The notes below the pieces were generated by a model. The model did not search any database. It had not been told where the DNA came from and saw only the letters and a list, made by a program, of their open reading frames with translations. A program made the translations under genes and the position numbers. A DNA stretch of 64,000 nt from Leidyana gryllorum EB-2025a (Eukaryota; Protista; Apicomplexa): the NCBI GenBank assembly GCA_048772705.1, contig JBLWGC010000186.1:28303-92302 (forward strand). Direction: 5' to 3'. This document shows, piece after piece, positions 1-11,571 of this stretch (position 1 is the stretch's first letter; each line of letters begins with the position of its first letter).

Positions 1-260
1 TACCATAGACGTGGACAGCAGAGGTGGTATCTATCAGGTAGTAGGGATCGTAATCAAAGGCAACAGGGAAAGTTTGAAATCGAGGCGGTATGTAAATACG
101 TTGTATCACATAGGTTGAGGTCACCACTGTCACAAACACTGTCCAGAAACATGCTATTGTTGTCAAAGTCGCCGCGGCTCCCAGGATCAGGGCCCTCTTG
201 AGCAGATACCACTCCGAATTAGACATCGTTCATCTCATTGTGTCCAAAAAAACCTTCTCA

Positions 261-895
261 ATGGTCAAAGGGTCCACGGCCCAGAGCATTGAATCCTCGA
301 ATTCGGGGTCCTGGAAGAAGGCGGACCTGGTTGCTCTCCTGGGGTCCGCCACAACGAGCGCCCAACGTAACCGAGCTGTGAAACTATTACGCAAATTCGA
401 CCCCAAACCTCGCAAGGAACTCGATCATGAGGCGAACATTAAGAACATGAAGATGAAGCGGTACAATTCACTGCAGGCATTCGTGTAAGTCCCGTCTCGG
501 AGCAGAGGCTATCAGAGAGAGAGAGGAGAGAGAGAGAAAGAGAGAGAAAGAGAGACATATCTCTCCCTCTTCACCTCTTCGCCTCTTCGCCTCTTCGCCT
601 CTTCGCCTCTGCCCCTCACCCCCTGGGTCTCCCCCCCGCGTATTCTTAAATACTCTCTTCGCTCGCAGATGCTATCGGTGTGACAAGGTGAAGCAGACGA
701 ACGTGAAGGGAACATGGCTGACGAGTGAAGGTGAGACTTGAGTTGTGTTGTGAATTGTTGTGACTGAGGCTGGCAGGTGCCAAGGCTATCTGCAATGCAT
801 GTTTCAACAACCTGTGCGATCAGCTGGAGTTGGCGGGGGCTCGCGGGTTCAACCAGCAGCAGCAGCAAGTAACCTCGTACATCCCGCCACGATAG
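261..895 (+). CDS. Small 3-exon protein with CxxC...CxxC zinc-ribbon-like motif
   Basis: Introns 485-668 (gtaagt..cgcag) and 731-776 (gtgaga..ggcag) join to ...QAFVCYRCDKVKQTNVKGTWLTSEGAKAICNACFNNL...; stop TAG 893-895. Confidence 0.7.
514..610. repeat. Intronic (AG)n microsatellite followed by (cctcttcg)n repeats
   Basis: Directly visible inside intron 485-668. Confidence 0.85.
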
Positions 896-967
896 AAGTG
901 ATGAAGATAGTGTAGTCTATATATATAATGGGGTGTTATGAAGAAAACTAGTTATCCTTTTGGTCGA

Positions 968-3561
968 TTAAGAGTAATCCTCTAAGCCATGAAGCTTCTT
1001 GTATTGCGGAGAGAAATCTGGCAGAGCAAAGTTGGGATCTGGAACAAATGCTTCGACATCCCACTGCTGAGCCGTGTCGTTGGCATTACATTTCTGGAAT
1101 AGCAGAACCTTTGCGCTCCCTTCTTTCTGTTCAACGGCCAAGCAGCTCTCCTTGTCGTCTCCCTTGAGGAAAAACAGCTGGTGTGTCTCATGGTCATAGT
1201 CCCAGTGATCACTCTTCTTCGTATCCCAGCACGGCTGGAAGACAGGAGCGCCATCAATATTCGCTATGCACTTGGTTTCGTCCACAAAGGTCTTGATTTG
1301 CTTGTTTGATCTGCAGGCACGAGTTGGGCCACCCCCACGCACGAAACTTACTTGACCTTGAAAAAGCCCTGCGAGCCGCCGGTTCCATGGCAGTGGAAGA
1401 GTCCATAGTTCTCTCCCTCCTTATAGTGCCCGAGAGTGTCAACGCAGGAGCTGCTGAACTTGACATTCCGGATGTAACCAAAGATCTCAATATCATCAAA
1501 GGTACGGACATCATGTGTTGGGTCGACATTCTCCAAAAACCAGCTGAACGGTTTGCAGTTCAATCGCTTCTTTAATTCCAACACCTGACAATAACAAAAT
1601 TCGCGATCCATCGCCCACAAACGGAGACTCACATGATCGATATCGCCAATATCGCTTATCGGTCGTCCAATGAATTTAGACGAGACTTGGTACCACTCGT
1701 CCATCCACAGTCGCGCCGTCCGAATCTTGTTCCGCCACACAGCCTCACTCGGCGAAGAATAGCCCACTCCACTATCAGCGAGCAACGTGAGACACTTTCC
1801 GGTCGGCCGAGCGCTGTACCACTCACCCGTCGCGGTAGATGTGATACGTGCGGGAACAGGGCATACATTCGAGCCGTCCGCCACACATCCAAGTTCGGAA
1901 ACCCATCTCCACATTCTCACTTCCCCACATCGCAAATTCCTCATCGTATCTACACAATCAATCGAATAAGCAACCAATCGTCGCCTGCCAGAGACATGAA
2001 TAATCTGCTCACCCGCCAATCTCCCAGAACCAGTCAGTTCGAACAGCGAACAGACCACCGGCCATCGAGGCACTTGGGATGGGCCTCGGGTCGAGCACCT
2101 CTCCTGTCAAACTGGCCTTCTCAACCATATTCCACTTCCAAGACAACCAGCATCTGAAAGAGAAAATGAGAGAGAGATCTAAGCCACGCCTGCTGCAAAC
2201 AACTTGGAGACTCACCCGATACCAGCGTGGCGCATGTATTCGAATTTATCGGCACTCAGTGCCATGACTTGAGGAAAGACGATGGACTTGGGCTCTACGA
2301 AGAGCTGCCACAACTGAGGCTCCAACCAGCCTTCATTGACCTCAATATGTGAATCGAGGACCACCAGTATGGGGGCTTTTGCCGCCTGAGCCCCAGCCAA
2401 ACGAGCCCACACGAGACCTCTTCTCTCGGGCATTCTGAGCAACTTGACCTTCGGCAAGAGCTTAAGGTGCTCGTAGAGTTCAGAGCCGGGGAGATTTTCG
2501 GTGAGGTTGGAGTGATCGTCCACCAAGATGATCTCTCGCAGAATAGGGGGCGGTGTCTGGTTGAGTACAGAGTGGACAGATCTCAGCAGAGTGGAGAGCG
2601 GCTCGTTGTAGAAAGTGATCACCACTGACGCTTCATCGAGGAGAGTATAGTTCCACTGACGGCTGAGACAGACGACATCTCGAGTATCAGCCGGCTTTCG
2701 GTCGAGCGGCAGTGCATTGGCGAGATCGAGATAGAAACCGCCATGCTTCATGCCCTCCTTACGGCCACCGGGATAGTCATTAACATCCGCTGGCGGCATT
2801 GGGGAGGGATTCCAGAGCTGAGTACCGTTGGGATACACTCCGACCCGGCCGTGTCTGCGAGGGAAGTCGTTCTGGTCATTATTCCAGAACGGGAAGACGG
2901 CGAGCGAATTGTAGTAATGGCGGGAGTCTTTCGGGAACTGATCCATGAAGTCGCGGTTGCCAACATATGGCGGCAGTTTCTCATCCATATCGTAGTCCCA
3001 TGTGAGAGTGAACGCCTCATCTTTAGTATATTTGGGTCTTTCTGGCATGGGGCCAGTGACAATCGGTCCCAGGCCGTTGAGAGGTGTCAAACGCACTGGG
3101 TGTCGCTCGGCCTCCACGATCGGAACCCGAGCGGCAGCGTTCCCTGAGACCGCCTCGTTCTCCGGCTCGCTCAATTCTTGAAGCTCCTTTTCCGCTTCAT
3201 TCAAAAAGTTCAGAACCTGGTCGGGGATGGTGACTTCAACGTAGCCCAGCTCCCGTCGGACAGAGGAGGGAGCCAAATCTAGGGACGCCACGAAGGTCTC
3301 GTTGAGACGGTACATGCCGAAGGGTGCGGCCACATTGGCAGCTCCCCCCAGTGCTCGGATGGCCTTTGCCGTTAGGTGGGATTGGAATATACAAAACCCC
3401 AGCGACAATGGCAGTAATCCGAACAACACTAGCTGCTTGACAGAGAGGTCCAGCTTGAGCGCGGCCCATCGGCTGTTTCGCGGCGAGCCCTCATCTCGCC
3501 GGCCCGACAGCGTTGCATATAGCTGGTAGGCAGCAGCTTTGAGAGGACTGCGCGGCTCCAT
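968..3561 (-). CDS. Polypeptide N-acetylgalactosaminyltransferase (GT27) with C-terminal ricin-B lectin domain, multi-exon
   Basis: N-terminal TM; [33 protein letters not shown] (DxH) motif, [24 protein letters not shown] after splicing; lectin repeats ([18 protein letters not shown]). Confidence 0.93.
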
Positions 3562-4333
3562 TCCAAAAGATTTAATGGTCAGTGTGGCCCAACGAGCCAG
3601 GTTTGTAAGTGGCTACCTATACGGCCGAACGTCCTTCGAACCACTACACATTCTATTCTCCATCTGGATACTACAGGTACAGTCTGGCGGATGGTTTGTT
3701 GCAGCACACACGCGTTTCACATCCAGCTGGCATACTATGTTCTGTTTATTGGGCTTATATTAGTTGGTCACGTCCTGCACGGCTGGCCACGTAGTATCCG
3801 GTTCCTCAGCACTCATGGATATGCCGATTTGAGCCCCCATTTCGTAGCTCTGTACCTCACCATCTTAGGAATACTAATGTGAGGAGACAAAGGAGGAGAA
3901 TTCATGCGCTGACTGCCTGTTTCAGGGGAATAATGACCAGTTGGGTTGGCGAGAGAGTAAAACGATGCATAGACTTCGGCCTAACTACCTGGCTGATTGA
4001 CATCTGTATCTGCTGTTTGGTCGCCGGATTTCCAACAACTCGTGAGTTGCTGTGCTCCCGCAGCGGAACTACCGATATACATTGTGAGGCATTCAGACAC
4101 ATGGTGGTTGGTGACTCTGGGTGTGAGTATAGTGAATCTCATAGTGGCAGAAAGAACGTGCCACTACAAAGACACGCGAGAGCTGGTGATCGCTGTTACA
4201 CCGGTCGTGACAGAGTCAGAGATGGTGTACGGACGTCCCCGGATTCGACCAGAGGATCAGGTTTGATAACATGGGTCACAGAGGCAGGCAGGCAAGCAGG
4301 CACGCATGCTTACGCAACACAACACATTTGACA

Positions 4334-4534
4334 ATGAGCAATTCTGGAAAGGACGAATACGTACGTGAGCCTGTTGGCGCTACCAAAGACAGGGAAGGAT
4401 TCGCTACCACCAAGTCGAACTCTTTCGACAACCCTCTGGAGTTCCTCAAGCGCGTAGAACAGGAGAAGGGCGACATAGCCAACCGATCCCCGGTTGCACC
4501 CCCCATAAAGGAGGAGGACGAGAACAAGAACTGA
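4334..4534 (+). CDS. Small hydrophilic hypothetical protein (66 aa)
   Basis: MSNSGKDEYVREP...EDENKN; start context ttgacaATG is identical to that of both ADH genes; coding-like codon usage. Confidence 0.55.
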   Translation: MSNSGKDEYVREPVGATKDREGFATTKSNSFDNPLEFLKRVEQEKGDIANRSPVAPPIKEEDENKN

Positions 4535-4589
4535 GAAGAGAACTTCAACTTCAAAGCTCCTCGCTCATTTATTTGCTAAATGATACACA

Positions 4590-5191
4590 TCAGTCCATGT
4601 TCAAACGAACTCTCTCGCCAAGTTGAGCTTCGATAATCCCCTTTACCTTCTCACTGACCTTCTCAACTTCCTTTTGTTGCCGCTCCAACTCGTCAATCTT
4701 CCCCTGCACTTTCTTCTGCCGCCGGTCCATCTCGTCCATGGCGGCCAGATCGTCTGTTATCAGCTGGAACGCTTCTCCAACACTCAACCTGCAGAGCAGC
4801 AATAAACGTAATTGGACACCACCGTAGATACGACACACGGGCGGCCGGGCCAAAAGGCGTCCAGAAACCTCACAGTCAGACCGCCGCAAGAGACGTCAGA
4901 CCACCTCCAAGCCGGACAACCCTTTCTCAACTCGCCCGGTGTCTCTCTCTCTCTTAGTACTACTCACCACGAGCCTTCGAGCGTAACTTCCGCTTGTGCG
5001 TCATCGTACCCAATGTTTTCTTCCTGCAAGAAGGTTGTGTGTCAGAGTGGCGGCCGGTTAGCGGGGGGCGGTTGTACCTTGAGTTCCTTCACTTCTTGTG
5101 TGAGCATTTGTACTTCCCATGTGGTGCTTGCGAAGGTCGATATCGCATTCTGCACTGATTCGCTGATTATCCAGTCCTCTGACGTTGCCAT
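4590..5191 (-). CDS. PFDN4: Prefoldin subunit 4-like, 3 exons
   Basis: Spliced product MATSEDWIISESVQNAISTF...KEENIGYDDAQAEVTLEGSWLSVGEAFQLI...KGIIEAQLGERVRLNMD matches the beta-prefoldin 4 pattern (coiled coil, xVGEAF hairpin, coiled coil, C-terminal GxxIxL). Confidence 0.75.
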
Positions 5192-5241
5192 TTTTTGTAC
5201 GTTTATTGACGTAATTTCACCAAATCGACTAGCAGTGCTAC

Positions 5242-7771
5242 TTAGGGAATGGGGTGTAATCCGAGGTCCGGCACTCCCATCAACGAGAGGGCGTTGGAGG
5301 GAGGCGGGAAGGGTACGGCTGCAACAAACAACACGTCAGTGCCTCATTTTGATCGCTAAACTTACAGGGCAAATGCCCACGTTTGTCTCGTGGCTTCCAC
5401 TTGTTCATGTACGGTTTCACTGGCGGGTCGCACACAGCTCGGAACTGCAGCGCGTCGCTGCAAAGCAGCCGCAAGGCCGCCTCGGTGTCATATCGGCAAT
5501 GGTGCAGAAGCTGCAAAGGTTGAACCGCACATTGAGAGAGAGACTAGGCAGATACCGCTCTCACCTTGAGGGCAAATTCTTGGGTGGGGGGCCATTGGAT
5601 CCACACAGGCCACAACGCGACCGCTTTGTGGACATATTCCGTCACTGTAGTACAAATGGTATCAGTCCGTGGCCTCATCCTAAGCTTACGGTCTCTCTCG
5701 CTCAGAGGCACATGTTCCTTGCCACTATCCTGTCTCCGCTTCTCCAGCTCTGTGGCCGAGAACACCAGTCTGCAGGTGGACGCAGTGGCCATCCGGTGGA
5801 TAGGGACCCGCCCCAGATGATCTCTCGGAAGGTATTGGATCACCGACTGTCTATCCATCGCCATATAGTTGAGACCAAATTCTTTGGCCTCGAGGAAGTG
5901 TTTGTTCACTCCTGGAACTTGGAAGCTCGCTCCAACATTGACCTTCGCCTGAACCCCCTGAATGTCTTCCTGAACCTCTTCTTTTTTCGCCCGTCTGTTC
6001 TCCAACACCTGAGCTCGTCTGGTGGATCTACGAGGTTGATCGAGCTCAGCAACGTTTGTGTCTTCATCGCTCTTCTGCTTGGCACCGGTGGTCGCGGCGG
6101 TACCAGTGGTCGTGGTGGTTCTCCTCCCCATGATATGTGGTTTGGCCGCAACTTCGGCCTTGACATCTGGTTCGGCCTGTTCGATACCTTCGTCAGACAG
6201 AGGCGGAGTGTCCGGAGAGGCTTCGGCCATAGACGCCTGCTCCATTTCAGCGCGGACCTCGGACTCCCGCTTCGATAACATGTTATATAATGCGCCGTGG
6301 CGTTGAATGGCTCGACGGATGCCTGCCAACGCCAAGAGTATCCTCGGGGGAAACGTATCGGTGGAATGCAGCGGCTCGTTCACGAACTTGGTCACCTCTT
6401 CCATCCACTGAATAACGTTGCCCGGATTCTGCGAGGGCACGCTGGGCTCCGCCATATCACCTTCGTCGCCCGAAGCAGCCGTCGTTGGCCCCCCCGCGCC
6501 GCCGCCCGCACTCAATAGAGTCAGAAACTGAGGAACGCCCCTTTTCCAGTATCGCTGTATGGGAGCCGCCATGCAGTAGGGACAGTACCACTCGGCTTCT
6601 TTCAGACACAATGGCTCTCGACTGCTCCCAGACCCCTCCTTCAAATCCTCTTCCGCCCGTCGGCTCGCCGCCTTGAGGCCGTGCTTGGCGATGGGGACAT
6701 ACATAGAAGAGGGCCTCTCCAAAGGTTCCAGACAGTCCGGGTGGAAGGCAAGCGGACAACAGTCACAGCACAGCAAATCACCACCTCCCTATATCGAAAT
6801 AATGAGATGAGTCGTTTCCATGGATTCCATCATTATGAGACCCCAATGAGAAAGACTCAATATGAGACAGAGAGAGAGAGAGAGGGAGACAAACAAATGG
6901 ACACACACACTCGTCAACGACGGGAGAGTAACTCACCCGACACTCGGCGCAGATTTGAATATTCTCAGCTGCGAGTTCGATGTGTTTAGCCGTTCGCAAA
7001 GTCTCGAGCAACGCTTTGGTCGAGATGTCGAATGTCATGAGTTGGTTCTGCATTGATTGTGTCTGGGGTGAGCTGGAATGTCACTCACCTCATGATGGCG
7101 TGCCAAGTGAACTCCAAAGTCAACTTCGTTACCTCGACTTGGGTGCAGTTCTGGAGAAGCGTCTCTTGCCCGGGCGGCAGCTGCACTCTGCTTTGGCTCT
7201 CGTCTACGAGATTTCGGCTCCTCCTCTGAGGCGAAGACGAGGATGAGACTTTCTCCCACTTTGGCTCGCCACTTACTGAGAGTTTCCCGCTCTGCGGGCT
7301 TTGCCATCACCTTTTGGCTCGCCGGTCGTCGGGCCCTTCCGGCTCGCGATGTTACACGCGGCTGAGCCGTGTCACCATCAGAGGTGCCACCGTGATCACT
7401 CGACCCCTCGTCATCGGCTTGCGTTTTCTTGGCAGCAGAAGCCGAAGCTGTGCGCGCAGTCACTGCACCTGCAACCGAAAGATGAGCTCGTGTGTGTGTA
7501 TGTTCTCGTGTGCATCTGTTTGCTCACGTGTGCGTTTGGATCCCTCTGCGACCTGTTCGGTCTTGACTTTCTTCTCGTCTCGCTGGTTCTCGTCATCTGA
7601 GGGTTGTGGTGGGCTTCTTCGTTTCTTGGAACGGGTGGACTTGGACGACCGTTCCTTTTTCAACTCGGAGTCGGAACCTGCAGATTCGGGTTGCTTGTCT
7701 CGGCGTCGTGATCGTCTCTGAGGGGATGCATCAGACATTGCCGTAGCACCCTCGTTGCCAGCACCATCCAT
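5242..7771 (-). CDS. PHD finger + ELM2 domain chromatin protein, multi-exon
   Basis: CAEC...LLCCDCCPLAFHPDCL...WYCPYC (PHD); VNVGASFQVP and EFALK..LLHHCRYDTEAAL (ELM2). Confidence 0.8.
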
Positions 7772-7799
7772 GTCTGTGCTGGCCAAAAAAACAACACAA

Positions 7800-10310
7800 T
7801 CACGCAGCAAGTTCTCTTGACCGGAACATTTGAACTTCACCCGAAATTGAGTCATAGATCGCCCACACCCCCTCATCGCCAGCAAAGGAACCCAGACTCA
7901 TAGTCACGTGACCTGTAGGTAGCTTGTGCGTGTAGCTTGAGCACGTGGTATCTCCAATGACAACCTGCAATCTCTTTCTGCCCGGCCGCACATTGGCACA
8001 CCCACCAGATTAGGCAAAGGATCCAACCACAATAGACTGTCGTGCTCAGGGGGGATTGTAACTAGCCTTCGCGGGAAAGGAGAAGCGATTGGGAGCAGAG
8101 AACACTGACCCAACATGACTTTTGCCTGCCAAAGACTCATTTCTTCGGGTGTGGGATACAACCCTTTGTAGTAAGGGACGTGGGCCCCAACATGTCTATC
8201 GAAGAGGAGAGGGAACTCGTTGGCTCGGATCACTGCCATTGTGCATCCCATTTGCTGAATTCTTTACCGCCACCATATTAGAGAGAGCAGCCATCCCGCA
8301 AAGGTCTCTCTCACCTCACAGGGTTGCCTACGAAAGATATCTGAGCGTGGGGACACACCCTCTCGACTTCGGCCTTCAAGAAAGTCGTCAGCGGCTCGTG
8401 GATGGCGGGCCGAGGGATTGTAGCCAAACCGGGATCGTGCGGTCCGGGGACAAACAAGAATTGGCACCCACTGTTTGCGAGGCGAGGGTGTCTCACAAAC
8501 TCATTGTAGAACAATCGCCACGTGACAATATAATCCTTGATGGCACGATACCGTCGCATAGCCCAACATGAGGCCGAAGGCAACATATGGGCGACCGTTG
8601 ACTCGGGATCCGGCGCAAAGTTCAGCCCAAAGTCTCCCATGATGACGAACCCGACCGGGAAAGGCATCTGTGACCCCTCACTCTTACTCTCCATATCTTC
8701 CGGGCGAGTCACATCTGAGGCCATTCGTTCGAAGACTGAGGCATATTGATGACTGTCCCGAATCGTCCGACGAAACTTGTCGACTCACCGTCCAACAAGC
8801 GCTTGAATCTCATCGCTGTGTCTGGATCCTCCAACTTGACATCGTTCAGAAACACCCAGTTCTGTCTGGCCAAATCCCGGAGTCCCTCGTTCGAAGAAGT
8901 GGCGATTTTGGCCAAGTCAGCCATAATCCTCCCTCTATGACGCTGATGCAGAGACGTCTCACTCATTTAACCACTCAGCAGCCGAGACCCACTTCTTCTT
9001 GGAGGTTCACAGTCGTCTCGACGAAGCTTTTCAGCGGCGACTCAGAGTTGATGCTCAAGTCTACCCGTGCAGTCAGTTATGAGTTACGAGTCTCTCCCCG
9101 ATTCTCACCATGCCACGGATGAGACATCTCGGTCGCCCACATCGTCGGTTCTTGGCCAGCACGGCTGACGAGTGTGCCCCTCACAATGACAATATGCCCG
9201 TCCAGGAAGGGAGCGTCCTCAAACTCACACTATGATGGATTCTCTTCACAGCTGATACGATCACCCACCTCGGAGAGATCGAGATCGACGATCAGACCCA
9301 TATCCTCCAACTGCCAAACCTTCTTGGTGTCTCCGGTGTCCAAGTTGAGTCTCTGAGTCGCCCGCAGGAATCCAAGCAGACAGAGATCTTCGTCTACTCT
9401 GGAGATCATCACAAACCACCCGGTACCCCAGATCGTGATCACCTTCGAGCCCCAAAGCATGTTCAAGTCCCCGCACTCGTTTCGAGTACGGGCGTGTCTC
9501 GTCTTCCATAGAGTTGTTGAGCATTGTTCCGACATTCTCCGAATCGTCCGCCCACCACGTCACAGATGGATCCCTCTTCAGTCTCTGGAATTCGCATATT
9601 TGTGCACCTCCCTCCCCACGTAGCCCGTCTTACTTCCACGACCAAATGGTATCTTTGCCGGTACATGTGTGCCTGTGCCAACGGTCCCGGCTGCAGAGTG
9701 GGTGGATTCACGAGCCGTCGCCATCGCTGATGAGACAGAGAGAGAGCTGTGGGTTAGTTTGAAGCTCAGATTCAGACGTTACTTTGTTCTGAGCATCGAA
9801 AGCACAGCGTTCTCCAGCACGCAGAATAGAATCGGCCCCCGCGTTGGTCATATCATAGTAGACAGTGGCTTTGCGAGCGGATCGCAGAACGTGTGCGAGG
9901 TTTGTGTACAGTTGACGGTGAATGAGTGACGACGAAGTATCAGTTAGAGTTGAAGACAGATTCAAGTTCAGGGACAGATCGGCTGGCGTCCCTACGGGAA
10001 TCATCGGGGTAGAGATAGACTCATCCTGTGTGAAGAGAGGCGTGTCAGTGGAAGGTGCCTCGTTTGGTGCTGCGGCGTCCTTCAAAGCATCTATGACACG
10101 TTGTACGTCATCCGCTGTGATTTCTTCGGTCTCGGCGGTCTCTTGTTCCTTCAAATGGTCATCCAAGACTTCAAGAAATCCGACCAGAGCGGCTTCCAGA
10201 TTATCAGGGCCGACGCTCGCAAGGTATCGGCTGAGGCAGACGGCGCCAGCCTCGGCGACCTCACAGTTGAATTCAGTTTGAAACAGATCTATCACCTCAG
10301 ACGGGTCCAT
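7800..10310 (-). CDS. POLE2: DNA polymerase epsilon subunit B, multi-exon
   Basis: VFLNDVKLED, GFVIMGDF, FLFVPGPHDPG..PRPAI, FVGNP, HDSLLWLDPLPNLV..GD motifs of the Pol alpha/epsilon B-subunit family; the pattern best fits Dpb2. Confidence 0.78.
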
Positions 10311-10338
10311 TATATACACTGACTTTGAAAAAGTGGTC

Positions 10339-11501
10339 TCAATTCACGGGCACATACTGACGAGGAGGCTCTTTAGTTCTGGATCGGCCAAAGACGCTGA
10401 ACACAGAGTTACTCGGGGCGATCCCTCGCTGATGGGCGAAAGCTTCATAGGGACTGGGGCGGCGTCGCCGCCGAGCGTAGCATACACAACCACTCCCGGC
10501 CAGCGCCACAGCACCCACAGAAGCCAACATTAGTCTGCCGGTATGGGATGTAGAAGATTTAGATTCAACAGCAATAGTGACCGGAGCGATCCCAGGAAGG
10601 TCGTCGGGTTGGTCGTTGCTTTCGGCATCGTCAGACTCATCTTGGCCGACATCAGCCTTCGGGAAGACGCTATCGTTTCCAGACAAGCGATTCTGGAGGA
10701 TGTTCCTGGCGTCATCGATCTCGTCTCGACTGCGCACATCCAGTCCTGGCGGGACAGCAGCGGGGGCTAAGGTTACCGTCTGGACTCCCCCCACTAACCC
10801 AGTTTGCGCGTTATCAGAATCAGCGTCAGCTTTGCTTCCCTCCTCATCGCTGTCTGCCGGTGCCTCCTCGCCGAGTTGCTGATTGGTGGCTTCGCCTTGA
10901 GCGTTTCCCAGGAGGCCATTGAGGAAGTGGAAGCCAGGCTGACTGGTGGGTAATACGGGCGACACATTTGGATCATCAGCGTTGGGAGGGGCTTTATTTG
11001 GATCCGCCGCCGGTTGCAAGGCGGTCATCAAAACTGCTGAAGGCGCAGTGTCGTCGCGGAATAAAGCATCGACATCGACCTTCGTGACTCCTTCGGGCAG
11101 ACTCAAATTGAGGGCGGGTAATGGAAGAGGCGGCAGGTCAAGTGCCGATGCCGCTTGGGTGGGGGCGTTCTCGGGCTTTGCGGGGACAGTCATGGACTTG
11201 ATGAGATCTGGAGGCGGCGGGGCGTCGCCATTGTCCTCGACGTTCGGGGCAGCAGGGATACGGAACGGTCTGAGGGCCGAGTCTCGCGGTTCGGCATTGT
11301 CAGCAGGGAGGTCGACACCAAGCTTTGCCGCTAGCTGGGGAGAGCCGAATAGAGCTTTGACCCCACCCGCCTCTGATGAGAAGGGACAACAGCAGTTATC
11401 AAACAGACAAAGAGCGAGAACTGACCTCCAGCAGCAGTGTCAAGAGACCCCTCGACGACGACAGCTAGGGCAACGAAGAGCAGATACAATTGTATCCCCA
11501 T
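10339..11501 (-). CDS. Type I membrane protein (signal peptide, acidic Pro/Ala-rich ectodomain, TM, basic tail)
   Basis: Exon 1 MGIQLYLLFVALAVVVEGS, then a gtcagt..tcatcag intron into the frame of ORF 10339-11193; TM LMLASVGAVALAGSGCVCYA followed by RRRRR. Confidence 0.7.
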
Positions 11502-11571
11502 AGTTGGTGGTGGTCAAAAAACTTGTTCTTCTTGTCTGATGCGTGGCACCACATTGCACAGCAGTCCGACT

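Noticed and set aside
4812-6278. 488-aa plus-strand ORF
   Set aside because: Antisense to the PFDN4 and PHD-ELM2 genes, with no recognisable motifs; a shadow ORF.
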